Below are positions 18,934 to 28,077 of a stretch of 41,616 nt of DNA, in pieces. Positions within the stretch are counted from its first letter, which is position 1; every line of letters begins with the position of its first letter. The stretch lies in the NCBI GenBank assembly GCA_038126035.1, contig JAYPEY010000014.1, positions 13,486 through 55,101 of the forward strand. Reading direction: 5' to 3'. Both the position numbers and the translations under genes were made by a program. The stretch comes from Verrucomicrobiales bacterium (GTDB lineage: Bacteria; Verrucomicrobiota; Verrucomicrobiia; Limisphaerales; JAYPEY01). The notes under the pieces were generated by a model. The model ran no database searches, was not told the DNA's origin, and saw only the letters and a program-made list of their open reading frames with translations.

Positions 18934-18970
18934 AAAAAGCGGCGTCCTTCACGCGAAGAACGCCGCTTTT
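18934..18970 (-). terminator. Intrinsic terminator after glutamine synthetase
   Basis: AAAAAGCGGCGTCCTTC-acgc-GAAGAACGCCGCTTTT. Confidence 0.8.
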
Positions 18971-18992
18971 GAATGTCTGATTCGCCTCAGAA

Positions 18993-20003
18993 TCAGGAGG
19001 TCGGAACCTCGCTGATCGTCTTCAAAACACGCGAAGCAATCTGGTAGGGGTCGCCCTGTGAATTCGGACGGCGGTCCTCCAGGTAGCCCTTCCAGTCGTT
19101 GTTCTTGAAGGAGTGCGGAACACGGATGGACGCGCCACGGTCGGCGATGCCCCAGCTGAACTTGTCGATCGACTGGGTCTCGTGCAGACCGGTCAGACGC
19201 AGGTGGTTGTCCGGGCCGTAGGCCGCAATGTGCTCCTCGCGATTCTTCTCGAAGGCCGCCATCAGCGCCTTGAAGTAATCCTCGCCGCCGACCTCACGCA
19301 TGTGCTTCGTGGAGAAGTTGCAGTGCATGCCGGAGCCGTTCCAGTCGCCCTGGAAGGGCTTGCAATGCCACTCGACATCGACGCCGTATTTCTCGCAGGC
19401 GCGCAGAAGGAGGTAGCGGGCCGTCCACATGTCGTCGGCACACTTGGTGGAACCCTTCGCGAAGATCTGGAATTCCCACTGTCCCTTGGCCACTTCCGCG
19501 TTGATTCCCTCGTGATTGATGCCCGCGTGCAGGCAGAGATCGAGGTGCTCCTCAACGATTTCACGGGCCACGTCGCCAACGTTCACATAACCGACGCCAG
19601 TGTAGTATTCGCCCTGCGGATTGGGGAATCCCTCGTCCGGCCAACCGAGCGGACGGCCGCCGCGGTGCAGGAAGTATTCCTGCTCAAAACCGAACCAGGC
19701 GTCCGGGTCGTTCAGGATCGTGGAGCGCGCGTTCGACGGATGCGGATCGCCGTTCGGAAGCATGACTTCGCAGAGAACGATTGACGCGTTCGTGCGACCG
19801 CCGTCCGCGTAAAGCGCGACGGGCTTCAGGATGCAATCGGAATCGCTGCCTTCAGCCTGCTGGGTGGAACTGCCGTCGAATCCCCACTCCGGGCACTCGT
19901 CCACGGACTTGGGTTCTTCGTCAACGATCTTGGTCTTGCCGCGGAGATTCGGCACCGGCGTGTAGCCATCGAGCCAGATATACTCGAGCTTGTGTCTAGG
20001 CAT
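18993..20003 (-). CDS. glnII: Glutamine synthetase type II
   Basis: 336 aa; LEYIWLDG, WGFDGSST, GFEQEY, NAEVAKGQWEFQI, GDWNGSGMHCNFS, RLTGLHET, DRGASIRVP, GYLEDRRP; start at the MPRHKL ATG. Confidence 0.93.
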   Translation of the reverse strand: MPRHKLEYIWLDGYTPVPNLRGKTKIVDEEPKSVDECPEWGFDGSSTQQAEGSDSDCILKPVALYADGGRTNASIVLCEVMLPNGDPHPSNARSTILNDPDAWFGFEQEYFLHRGGRPLGWPDEGFPNPQGEYYTGVGYVNVGDVAREIVEEHLDLCLHAGINHEGINAEVAKGQWEFQIFAKGSTKCADDMWTARYLLLRACEKYGVDVEWHCKPFQGDWNGSGMHCNFSTKHMREVGGEDYFKALMAAFEKNREEHIAAYGPDNHLRLTGLHETQSIDKFSWGIADRGASIRVPHSFKNNDWKGYLEDRRPNSQGDPYQIASRVLKTISEVPTS

Positions 20004-20081
20004 TGTCTTGTGTCTTTCTCGTTTGAGTGTTGGTTTCGGAGCGAAGGCTTTTAGCCCTGATTCGAATTTGAGCCAAGCATA

Positions 20082-20098
20082 AGCACACCCCGTGCCAG
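20082..20098 (-). promoter_or_regulatory. Sigma-54 promoter of glnII
   Basis: Minus strand CTGGCACGGGGTGTGCT (TGGCACG-N4-GTGCT, GG-N10-GC), about 80 nt upstream of the ATG. Confidence 0.7.
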
Positions 20099-20221
20099 AT
20101 TTTTCTGAATCGGCCCGATCACGAAATTGACGGTTTCCTCGCGCCTTCCAACAAGAATTGGTCATCTCCCGATCTTGGCCCCTTCCCCTGCCTCTGCTAG
20201 CGTCCGGCCCTCCAACACCCC

Positions 20222-20656
20222 ATGCGCGACGTCAAAGACACCAAACGAGCCACCGTCCGGGTCGGATTCGACGGCCGCGTCCACAAGCAATACCACGGCT
20301 TCTGCGCCGACAAACGCTTCGAAAACGAGGTTCGCGTCCTGCGCTTTCTGGAGGAGAACGGCTGCGACTTCGTGCCCCGGGTCGTTTCCGCCGACGAAGA
20401 GCGCCTCATTCTCGTCACCACCAATTGCGGCCAGATCGTCGAGAAACTCAGCGAATCCAAGCTGAAAGAACTCTTCGGCGAACTCGAGTCCTTCGGTGTC
20501 CGCCACGGGGACCCTTTCGCCCGCAATGTTACCTATGACGGACGCCAGGGCCGCTTCTGCATCATCGATTTCGAATTCGCCACCATTCCTTCAACCGGCG
20601 AAGGCCTGACCATCGAGGACCTCGAGCGGCTCCACAGGCAGGAGGCCGACCAGTGA
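20222..20656 (+). CDS. Minimal protein-kinase-like protein (144 aa)
   Basis: VHK (beta3 Lys), ENEVRVL (alphaC Glu), RHGDPFARNV (catalytic loop HxDxxxxN), IIDFEFA (DFG-equivalent); ends soon after. Confidence 0.75.
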   Translation: MRDVKDTKRATVRVGFDGRVHKQYHGFCADKRFENEVRVLRFLEENGCDFVPRVVSADEERLILVTTNCGQIVEKLSESKLKELFGELESFGVRHGDPFARNVTYDGRQGRFCIIDFEFATIPSTGEGLTIEDLERLHRQEADQ

Positions 20657-21477
20657 GCGCCCCGATCCGGCAGTTCACCTGGAATGGCCAGACACATCAG
20701 GGCCGCGTGCGTCGCAACAACGAGGACGCCTTCCTCGCCATGATGTTCAACCAGCACGAGATGCACTATCTCGGCAAGATCGGCGAGGCGCCGTCGGACG
20801 ACAACGACTTCATTTTTGCCGTCAGCGATGGCATGGGCGGTGCCAAGAAGGGCGAATACGCCAGCAAGACCGCGCTCCAGACCCTGACCCACCTGATCTC
20901 CCGCAAGTTCCATCGCGGCAAGGCGGACCTCCAGATCGACAAGGAAAGCGTCCTGCGCGAGTTCTTCCAGTCTGTCCACGAAGGCGTCCAGAATGTGGGG
21001 CGCTACTACGAGGAATGCCGCGGCATGGGGGCCACGATGACTCTCTGCTGGTTCAGCGGCAACACCCTGTCGGTCGGCCATGTCGGCGACAGTCGCGCCT
21101 ACCATTTTCCCAAAGGCGGCGGCATCAACCAACTCACCGAAGACCATACCGTCCCCGGCCGACTGCGCCGCGAGGGCAGGATCAGCGAGCGCGAGGCCCG
21201 CAATCACCCGAACAAGCATCTCCTCGAACGCTCCATCGGCGCCCAACCCGATCCGGTGGAGCCCCAGATCGTCTCGCTGCAGTTCGGCGTCGGCGACCGC
21301 TTCGCCCTGTGCACCGACGGCGTCACCGACGGCATCTGGGACCACGGCATGGAGCGCTACATCCAGGATCCCCCGCCCTACCTGATCGACCTCCCCCCGG
21401 CCCAGCGTCTGATCAAGGAGGCCATGGATGCCTCCGGCCGCGACAACCTCACCGCCCTGGTCGTGGAGACCGATTAG
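20653..21477 (+). CDS. PP2C/PPM-family Ser/Thr protein phosphatase
   Basis: GRVRRNNEDA, VSDGMGG, HVGDSRAY, LCTDGV, GRDNLT; GTGA overlap with the kinase gene. Confidence 0.92.
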   Translation: MSAPIRQFTWNGQTHQGRVRRNNEDAFLAMMFNQHEMHYLGKIGEAPSDDNDFIFAVSDGMGGAKKGEYASKTALQTLTHLISRKFHRGKADLQIDKESVLREFFQSVHEGVQNVGRYYEECRGMGATMTLCWFSGNTLSVGHVGDSRAYHFPKGGGINQLTEDHTVPGRLRREGRISEREARNHPNKHLLERSIGAQPDPVEPQIVSLQFGVGDRFALCTDGVTDGIWDHGMERYIQDPPPYLIDLPPAQRLIKEAMDASGRDNLTALVVETD

Positions 21478-21522
21478 CCCCCCTCCTCTTTTCCAATTGA
21501 CCCGACTCCCGCGACGCCTACC

Positions 21523-22512
21523 ATGCGCAGCCTAATGACAGTGCATCGCGCCGTTTCCATTCTCACTGCGTCCGTCGTATTGACGCTCTTCACCACAACC
21601 GCCCAGGCCGCCGACCAGGGCGTCAAGATCACCAGACTCAAGGACCGGCTGCGCGTCGAGATCGACGGCAGGCTGTTCACCGAGTATCGCTTCGCCGACG
21701 TCCCCCGCCCCTTTTTCTACCCGGTCAACTGGCTCGACGGCGAAACCGGCATGACCCGCAATTACCCGATGGTCGAGGGCGTCAAGGGCGAGGAGACCGA
21801 CCACAAGCATCATCGGGGCGTCTGGTTCGCCCACCGTCACGTCAGCGGCCACGACTTCTGGGGCGAGACGCCAAAGTCCGGCAGGATCGTTCATGACAAA
21901 TTCCTGGAGATCCAATCCGGGAAGGACGTCGGCGTCATCCGCCAAGCGACAAAATACATCTCCCTGGAAGGAAAGCAGATCTGCTCCGACGTCCGGACGA
22001 TCCGCATCCATCGCCGCCCCGAAGGCCGCATGCTGGACTTCAATGTCACGGTCAAGGCCACGAATCAGGACATCGTCATGGAGGACGACAAGGACGCCGG
22101 CATGGGCATCCGTGTTCCCCACACCATGAAGGTGAGCTACCGCAGCAGGAAGGCCGCCGGCGGCCACATGGTCAACAGCGAGGGCGATCGCGACATCGAC
22201 TGCTGGGGCAAGGCCGCCAAGTGGCTCGACGCCCATGGCATGGCCGGCGACAAACACCTCGGCGTCGCCATCATGGACCATCCGGACAACCCCCGTTTCC
22301 CCACCTGGTGGCACGCGCGCACCTACGGCCTGATCACCGCCAACGCCTTCGGAAAACGCCACTTCGAACGACTCAAGGATCCCGCCGCCGGCGAACTGGA
22401 GATTGCCAAAGGTGGAAGCCGCACCTGGAAATACCGCTTCTACTGGCACGAAGGCGATGAGAAACAGGGCAAGGTCGAACAACGCTGGCGCGAGTTCGCC
22501 GCCGGCAGGTGA
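21523..22512 (+). CDS. Secreted PmoA-family/DUF6807 protein (not a methane monooxygenase)
   Basis: Signal peptide; RPFFYPV, DHKHHRGVWFAH, DHPDNPRFPTWWHARTYGL. Confidence 0.75.
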   Translation: MRSLMTVHRAVSILTASVVLTLFTTTAQAADQGVKITRLKDRLRVEIDGRLFTEYRFADVPRPFFYPVNWLDGETGMTRNYPMVEGVKGEETDHKHHRGVWFAHRHVSGHDFWGETPKSGRIVHDKFLEIQSGKDVGVIRQATKYISLEGKQICSDVRTIRIHRRPEGRMLDFNVTVKATNQDIVMEDDKDAGMGIRVPHTMKVSYRSRKAAGGHMVNSEGDRDIDCWGKAAKWLDAHGMAGDKHLGVAIMDHPDNPRFPTWWHARTYGLITANAFGKRHFERLKDPAAGELEIAKGGSRTWKYRFYWHEGDEKQGKVEQRWREFAAGR

Positions 22513-22584
22513 GCCCATCCTGAGTGTGATTCACTTGCAGACATTTGACAGTCATTGCGGAATGCGAAGCGCCCTTGGCGTTCC

Positions 22585-22713
22585 CGGAGCGCGGCTGTGT
22601 CGAAGACCAGCCGCAGCCACGCCGCCGACAACCAAGGCTTGGGCGGTTGTCAGGCGCATGCAGGACGGAGGCTGCTGCGGCTGCCCCCGAAGACGGGGCA
22701 CAACCACGCTCCG
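22585..22713. repeat. Large REP-like imperfect palindrome
   Basis: CGGAGCGCGGCTGTG pairs with CACAACCACGCTCCG; CAGCCGCAGC with GCTGCGGCTG; inner GACAACC with GGTTGTC. Confidence 0.65.
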
Positions 22714-22778
22714 TCCGCTGTCAGCAAGATGACTTTCAACAGTTTCGAAACCAGCAACCGCAAGAAACCGCAACATCC

Positions 22779-24248
22779 ATGAACAAGAAACAGAACCGAC
22801 GCTCCTTCCTCAAATCCACCCTGGCCGCGACCGCCACGGTCAGTTGGACCGCCAAATCCTGGTCCCAGGTCAAGGGCGCCAATGAATACGTCCGCTGCGC
22901 CACCATCGGTCTCAACGGCCGCGGCAAGTCCCACATGAGCTACGTCGACGGCCTCAACCCCGAGGGCGTCAAGATGGTCGCCCTCTGCGACGTCGACTCC
23001 AAGGTGCTCACCCGCAGCGTCGACCGATACAAGAAGAAGGACAAGAACTCCCCGGTCGAGGGCGAGAGCGACATGCGCCGACTGTTCGATCGCAAGGACA
23101 TCGACGTCATCACCGTCGCCACTCCGAACCATTGGCATTCCCTCGCCGCCATCTGGGCCATCCAAGCCGGGAAGGACGTCTACGTCGAGAAGCCCGTCTC
23201 CCACAATGTCTGGGAGGGCCGCCAACTCGTCCGCGCCGCGCGGAAATATGGAAAGATCTGCCAGACCGGCACGCAGGCCCGATCCAGCCATTGCATCCGC
23301 GACGCCGTCAAATTCGTGCAGGAAGGCAACCTCGGCAAGATCAAGGTGGCCCGCGGCCTCTGCTACAAGCTGCGTCCCAGCATCGGCCACGTCAACGCGC
23401 CGCAGAAGGTGCCGGATTACATCGACTACAATCTCTGGAGCGGCCCCGCCCCGCTGGTCCCGCCCACCCGCAACACCAAGAACGGCCCGATCCACTACGA
23501 CTGGCACTGGATGTGGAATTACGGCAACGGCGACGTCGGCAACCAGGGCATTCATCAGATGGATATCGCCCGCTGGTTCCTCGGCGAGGACGGGCTCTCC
23601 CCCCGCGTCTGGAGCGTCGGCGGACGCCTCGGCTACGTCGATGACGGCGAGACCCCCAACACCCAGGTCGTCTACCACGATTACGAAAAGGCCCCGCTGA
23701 TCTTCGAGGTGCGCGGTCTGACCGAGAATCCGAAGTCGAAGGACCGCCCCACCTATCGCGGCGGCAGCGTCGCCGTGTTCATCGAATGCGAGAAGGGCTG
23801 GGTCGCCGTCCGCAACTACAACTCCGTGCAGGCCTACGACAACAAGGACAACAAGATCAAGGAATGGAAGGGCGCGGTGAACCACTTCGAGAACTTCATC
23901 AACGCGGTCCACTCCCGGAAGCACACCGACCTGAACGCCGACATCTGGGAGGGCCACCTTTCCAGCGCGCTCTGCCACACCGGCAACATCTCCCACCGCC
24001 TCGGCGCCGCGGCCTCCCGCGAACAGATCGAGGACGTGATCAAGCCGGACCACGACGCCACCAACTCCGTCGATCGCATGGTCGAGCACCTCGGCAAACA
24101 CAACATCGACCTCAAGAAGACCCCGCTCACCCTCGGCCCCGTCCTCACCATGGACCCGAAGGTCGAGAAGTTCATCGGCAACACCGCCGCCGACAAGCTC
24201 CTCCGCCGCGAATACCGCGAACCCTTCGTCGTGCCGGCGCGGGTGTAA
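22779..24248 (+). CDS. Tat-exported Gfo/Idh/MocA family NAD-dependent oxidoreductase (paralog 1)
   Basis: NRRSFLK Tat motif; IGLNGRG, ATPNHWH, GKDVYVEKP, GNQGIHQMD; start at the MNKKQN ATG. Confidence 0.92.
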   Translation: MNKKQNRRSFLKSTLAATATVSWTAKSWSQVKGANEYVRCATIGLNGRGKSHMSYVDGLNPEGVKMVALCDVDSKVLTRSVDRYKKKDKNSPVEGESDMRRLFDRKDIDVITVATPNHWHSLAAIWAIQAGKDVYVEKPVSHNVWEGRQLVRAARKYGKICQTGTQARSSHCIRDAVKFVQEGNLGKIKVARGLCYKLRPSIGHVNAPQKVPDYIDYNLWSGPAPLVPPTRNTKNGPIHYDWHWMWNYGNGDVGNQGIHQMDIARWFLGEDGLSPRVWSVGGRLGYVDDGETPNTQVVYHDYEKAPLIFEVRGLTENPKSKDRPTYRGGSVAVFIECEKGWVAVRNYNSVQAYDNKDNKIKEWKGAVNHFENFINAVHSRKHTDLNADIWEGHLSSALCHTGNISHRLGAAASREQIEDVIKPDHDATNSVDRMVEHLGKHNIDLKKTPLTLGPVLTMDPKVEKFIGNTAADKLLRREYREPFVVPARV

Positions 24249-24279
24249 GGGTTCGACATCCAGGAGCCATCTCAACAAC

Positions 24280-24310
24280 AAACAAGCCGGGCGTCATGCC
24301 CGGCTTGTTT
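24280..24310 (+). terminator. Intrinsic terminator (perfect 13-bp stem)
   Basis: AAACAAGCCGGGC-gtcat-GCCCGGCTTGTTT. Confidence 0.8.
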
Positions 24311-24339
24311 CGTTTCTATTGCATCCGTGGTGATATTGC

Positions 24340-25491
24340 TTGCAGGGCCCGGTCGATGCTGCCATTTCCCGTGTTTTGCTGGAGAAACGATCCAAGAAGC
24401 GACCCAGGTCCGCCAATTCCAAGCGCAGGTTCAACTGGAGATTCAGCGATCTGTATCGTCGCGCGTTGGTCTGGAGAAAGGAGTGGCAGGCCCGGCTTTC
24501 AGGCCGGGGTTATTCCTGCGCCGCCCTGGACGGCGTTTCCGAATACAACATCACGATCAACAGCGATCTGACCGTGTCCTGCAACTGCCAGGATTACGAC
24601 GGCCTCGGTCATCTCGGCAGTCTCCGCGAGGACTCCTTCTCCGATGTCTTCTTCGGCTCCAGATCGCAGCAGTTCCGCTCGGAACTCGCCCGCGGAAACC
24701 TGCCCATACCGACCTGCTCCCGCTGCGGCGACCTGAAACGGCTTCCGCCGGACTCCCCAAACGAACCGCCCGCGGCGCGCCTGCCTTATCGGGGCATGCT
24801 GTTGGAGAACACGGTCCGCTGCAATGTGGATTGCACCGGCTGCGCCCGCGAGAACGCCGCCGCCATCCGCGTCAACAAGCAACTCCTGATGCCTCTGGAG
24901 GACATGGAGAAGATGTCGGATCTCGTCAGCGAACTCGAAATGCGGCAACTGTTCTTCCTCAATCTTGGAGAACCGTTCCTCTCCCCCAACATCGGGCAGG
25001 AACTGGACATGCTCCGGCGAAAGAACCCCGACCTCCGGATCTACACCTCCACCAACGGCGTGCTGCCGAACAAGGACGCCAAGCGCGAGGCGGCGCTCAA
25101 CCTCAGCCATATCGCTTTCTCGGTGCACGGAATCAGCAACCAGATGTCCGCCAGATACATGCGGAACGGCGATTTCGAAAAGGCCTAAAAGGCCATGAAA
25201 GAGATGGCCGCCTTCCGCAATGCCCGAAACCTCACCGAGCCGATACTCGAGTGGAAATACCTGCTCTTCAACTGGAACGACAAACCAGAACACCTCGCCC
25301 GCGCCATTGAAATGGCCAGGGACGCCGGCGTGGAATTCATCTCCTTCTGGCCCACCAACAACCCCTTCTGGGGCTGGTCCTGGCGCTATCGCCTCGGGCT
25401 CCTGGACCGGTTCGGCAAAAAATGCTGGAAAGGACTCGAAGTCGATCTGCGCCCGGAACCTCATCACGGCAAGCCCCTCCCCCAGTTCTGA
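24340..25491 (+). pseudogene. Radical SAM protein with an N-terminal SPASM/twitch-like module, interrupted by an in-frame TAA at 25186-25188
   Basis: CNVDCTGC (CxxxCxxC), GEPFL, STNG; N-terminal YSC...VSCNCQD...LGSL...CSRC; ORFs 24340..25188 and 25195..25491 share a frame (EKA*KAMKEM...LEWKYLLFNWND); start codon uncertain. Confidence 0.78.
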
Positions 25492-25630
25492 TCGCAGCGA
25501 CAGACTGTCACGCCGTCCACAGGCGCGGCACAAGTTGTCTTGAATCGCATCCACCGGCCGGATAGTTTCCTGCCACTCAGTCCGCAAAGGACCGAGCGTC
25601 GTTCTCCATCGTTTGAATCAGCCTGCCGAA

Positions 25631-27127
25631 ATGAAGACGAATCGCCGCAAGTTCCTGAAGTCCTCCTTCCTCACCGCCGCCTCCCTCAGCATCCCGGTCA
25701 AGTCCTGGGCCAAAGTCAAGGGCGCCAACGAACGCATCAACGTCGCGACCATCGGCTTCCGCAGTCGCGGCGGCGGCCACATCGGCGCGATCCGCAAACT
25801 GGAGGCCTCCTCCAATGTCGCCTACACCGCGCTCTGCGATGTCGACAAGACCGTGCTCGACAAGGGCGTCGCCTCCTTCGCCCGGGCGGACAAAAAGGTC
25901 GCCGCCTACACGGACATCCGACGCCTGCTCGAGCACAAGGACCTGGACGCCGTCACCATCGCCACGCCCAATCACTGGCATGCGCTGGCCGCCATCTGGT
26001 CCATTCAGGCGGGCAAGGACGTCTACGTGGAGAAACCCGTTTCCCACAATGTCTGGGAGGGCCGCCAGATCGTCAAAGCGGCGCGCAAATACAACAAGAT
26101 CTGCCAGACCGGCACCCAGAGCCGCTCGGCGACCGGCATCAAACAGGCGGTCGAATGGGTGCAGGCCGGCAATCTCGGCAAGATCAAGATTGCTCGCGGC
26201 CTCTGCTACAAGCCGCGCCTCAGCATCGGCAACGTCAAGGGCTCCCAAGCCGTCCCCTCCCACATCGATTACGACATCTGGGTCGGCCCCGCCCCGCTCC
26301 GTCCGCCCACACGCAACGGCAACTACGGGCCCATCCACTACGACTGGCACTGGATCTGGGACTACGGCAACGGCGACCTCGGCAACCAGGGCATTCACCA
26401 GATGGACGTCGCCCGCTGGTTCCTCGGCGAGCAGTATCTCGCGCCCACCGTCTTCAGCGTCGGCTGCCGCGTCGGCTACGAGGACAACGGCGAGACCCCG
26501 AACACCCAGATCGTCTACCAGGGCTACGAAAAAGCCCCGCTGATCTTCGAGGTCCGCGGACTTCCGAAGAACAGGGCCGCGCACAAGGAATCCGGAACCT
26601 GGCGCAAGAACATGGACAAGTATCCCGACCCCAAACGCGGCGCCAGCATCGGCGTCGTCGTCGAATGCGAGGAGGGCCAGATCGTTGTCTCCAACTACCG
26701 CGGCGCCACAGCCTACGACAGGAACGGCAAACAGATCGAAAAGTGGGAGGCCACCGTCGATCACTTCGAGAATTTCCTCAACGCCTGCCGCAGCCGAAAG
26801 GTCTCCGATCTGAACGCCGACATCTGGGAGGGCCACATCTCCAGCGGCCTCTGCCACACCGGCAACATCTCCTATCGCCTCGGACAGGGCGCCTCGCCCG
26901 ACGCCATCAAGGCCAACATCAAGAGCCTCCACGGAGCCGAGGAATCCTTCGACCGCATGGCCGAACACCTCGCCGCCAATGAAGTGGACATCACAAAGGA
27001 CAAGGTTGTCCTCGGAAATGTCCTCCAACTGGACCCGAAAGTCGAAAAATTCATCGGCGCCCCCGATGCCGACAAACTGCTCACCCGCGACTACCGCAAA
27101 CCCTACGTCGTGCCGGATCAGGTCTGA
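25631..27127 (+). CDS. Tat-exported Gfo/Idh/MocA family oxidoreductase (paralog 2)
   Basis: NRRKFLK Tat motif; long blocks identical or near-identical to paralog 1 (IQAGKDVYVEKPVSHNVWEGRQ, GPIHYDWHW, LNADIWEGH). Confidence 0.92.
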   Translation: MKTNRRKFLKSSFLTAASLSIPVKSWAKVKGANERINVATIGFRSRGGGHIGAIRKLEASSNVAYTALCDVDKTVLDKGVASFARADKKVAAYTDIRRLLEHKDLDAVTIATPNHWHALAAIWSIQAGKDVYVEKPVSHNVWEGRQIVKAARKYNKICQTGTQSRSATGIKQAVEWVQAGNLGKIKIARGLCYKPRLSIGNVKGSQAVPSHIDYDIWVGPAPLRPPTRNGNYGPIHYDWHWIWDYGNGDLGNQGIHQMDVARWFLGEQYLAPTVFSVGCRVGYEDNGETPNTQIVYQGYEKAPLIFEVRGLPKNRAAHKESGTWRKNMDKYPDPKRGASIGVVVECEEGQIVVSNYRGATAYDRNGKQIEKWEATVDHFENFLNACRSRKVSDLNADIWEGHISSGLCHTGNISYRLGQGASPDAIKANIKSLHGAEESFDRMAEHLAANEVDITKDKVVLGNVLQLDPKVEKFIGAPDADKLLTRDYRKPYVVPDQV

Positions 27128-27208
27128 ACCGCCCCGGGCCTCCAAAAAAAATCATGTCTCAACATGGAAATCACTGCGAAAGGCGCCGTATTGCCGGTTG
27201 CCCATTCG

Positions 27209-27242
27209 AAATTGACTTTTCAATTTTACCCGATTAAATCGG
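27209..27242 (+). promoter_or_regulatory. Candidate promoter overlapped by two palindromes
   Basis: AAATTGA-cttt-TCAATTT covers TTGACT (-35-like); CCGATT-a-AATCGG covers TTAAAT (-10-like). Confidence 0.35.
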
Positions 27243-27341
27243 ACCTCCGACCAACGGCTGCCATGTACGTGTGACATCTCCCAAGCCCACTTCCCTTTCA
27301 CCAACAAAACCAACCAACCAACCAACAACACAGCAACAACC

Positions 27342-28040
27342 ATGAGTTCATCTGATGAGGTAAACAAAAAGATACAGGAGCTGGAAGCGCTCAAGAAAGA
27401 GGCGGGACGATGGAAGCTTGGCGGCACCATCGCCATTCTGGTCATCGTCCTGGTCTGCGTCGGCAAGATTGTCGGCGGCGTCACCGCCCTGGCCAAGAAA
27501 AGCCCCGAACAGGAGAAACTGATCGCGAAGGTCAAGGAAGGGATCGACAACCAGATCATTCCGGATCTCAAGCGCGCCGGAGACCAGGCCAAGGAAAAGG
27601 CCACTGCCGCGCTTAAGGCCGAGCTCGACAAGCTCAGCGACCGTCTCCCCGAATTGACCTCGAAGGCCCAGGCCGAAGCGATGGCCCTGGCCGAGGCTCT
27701 GCAGGAAGAGGCTGACGTCGTGATGAAGGACACCTTCGAGAAGATGCTCAAGGATCGCGAGGCCAAGATACGCGAGATGTATCCCGAGGTCACCGAGGCC
27801 AAGATCACCTCGGCCGTCGCCAACCTGCAGACCGAGATCGAGGCCGAGTTGAACAAACTCATCAAGGAGATGTTCATCGAGCACCTCGAGGCGGTCGACG
27901 GCATCGTGCAGCACATCCAGATGATCAAGGAGGACAACGACGACCTGGATCTCCACGACCAGGACGCTCCCTGGGAGATGGCGACCCTCATCTTCGAGAT
28001 CGTCAAAGAGGAGTTCGACGGACGATTGAAGCTGCCCTGA
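27342..28040 (+). CDS. Hypothetical membrane-anchored all-helical/coiled-coil protein
   Basis: One TM segment near the N-terminus (LGGTIAILVIVLVCVG), then K/E/A/L-rich amphipathic helices; strong GC3 codon bias. Confidence 0.8.
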   Translation: MSSSDEVNKKIQELEALKKEAGRWKLGGTIAILVIVLVCVGKIVGGVTALAKKSPEQEKLIAKVKEGIDNQIIPDLKRAGDQAKEKATAALKAELDKLSDRLPELTSKAQAEAMALAEALQEEADVVMKDTFEKMLKDREAKIREMYPEVTEAKITSAVANLQTEIEAELNKLIKEMFIEHLEAVDGIVQHIQMIKEDNDDLDLHDQDAPWEMATLIFEIVKEEFDGRLKLP

Positions 28041-28077
28041 ACCTGATTCCGAAAAGAATTTTCATCCCCCTACTGTC

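Noticed and set aside
21523-22512. 'PmoA' as evidence of methanotrophy
   Set aside because: Soluble secreted DUF6807-type protein, not the polytopic pMMO subunit; no pmoC or pmoB present
25186-25188. Selenocysteine or pyrrolysine recoding of the radical SAM stop
   Set aside because: The codon is TAA, not TGA or TAG
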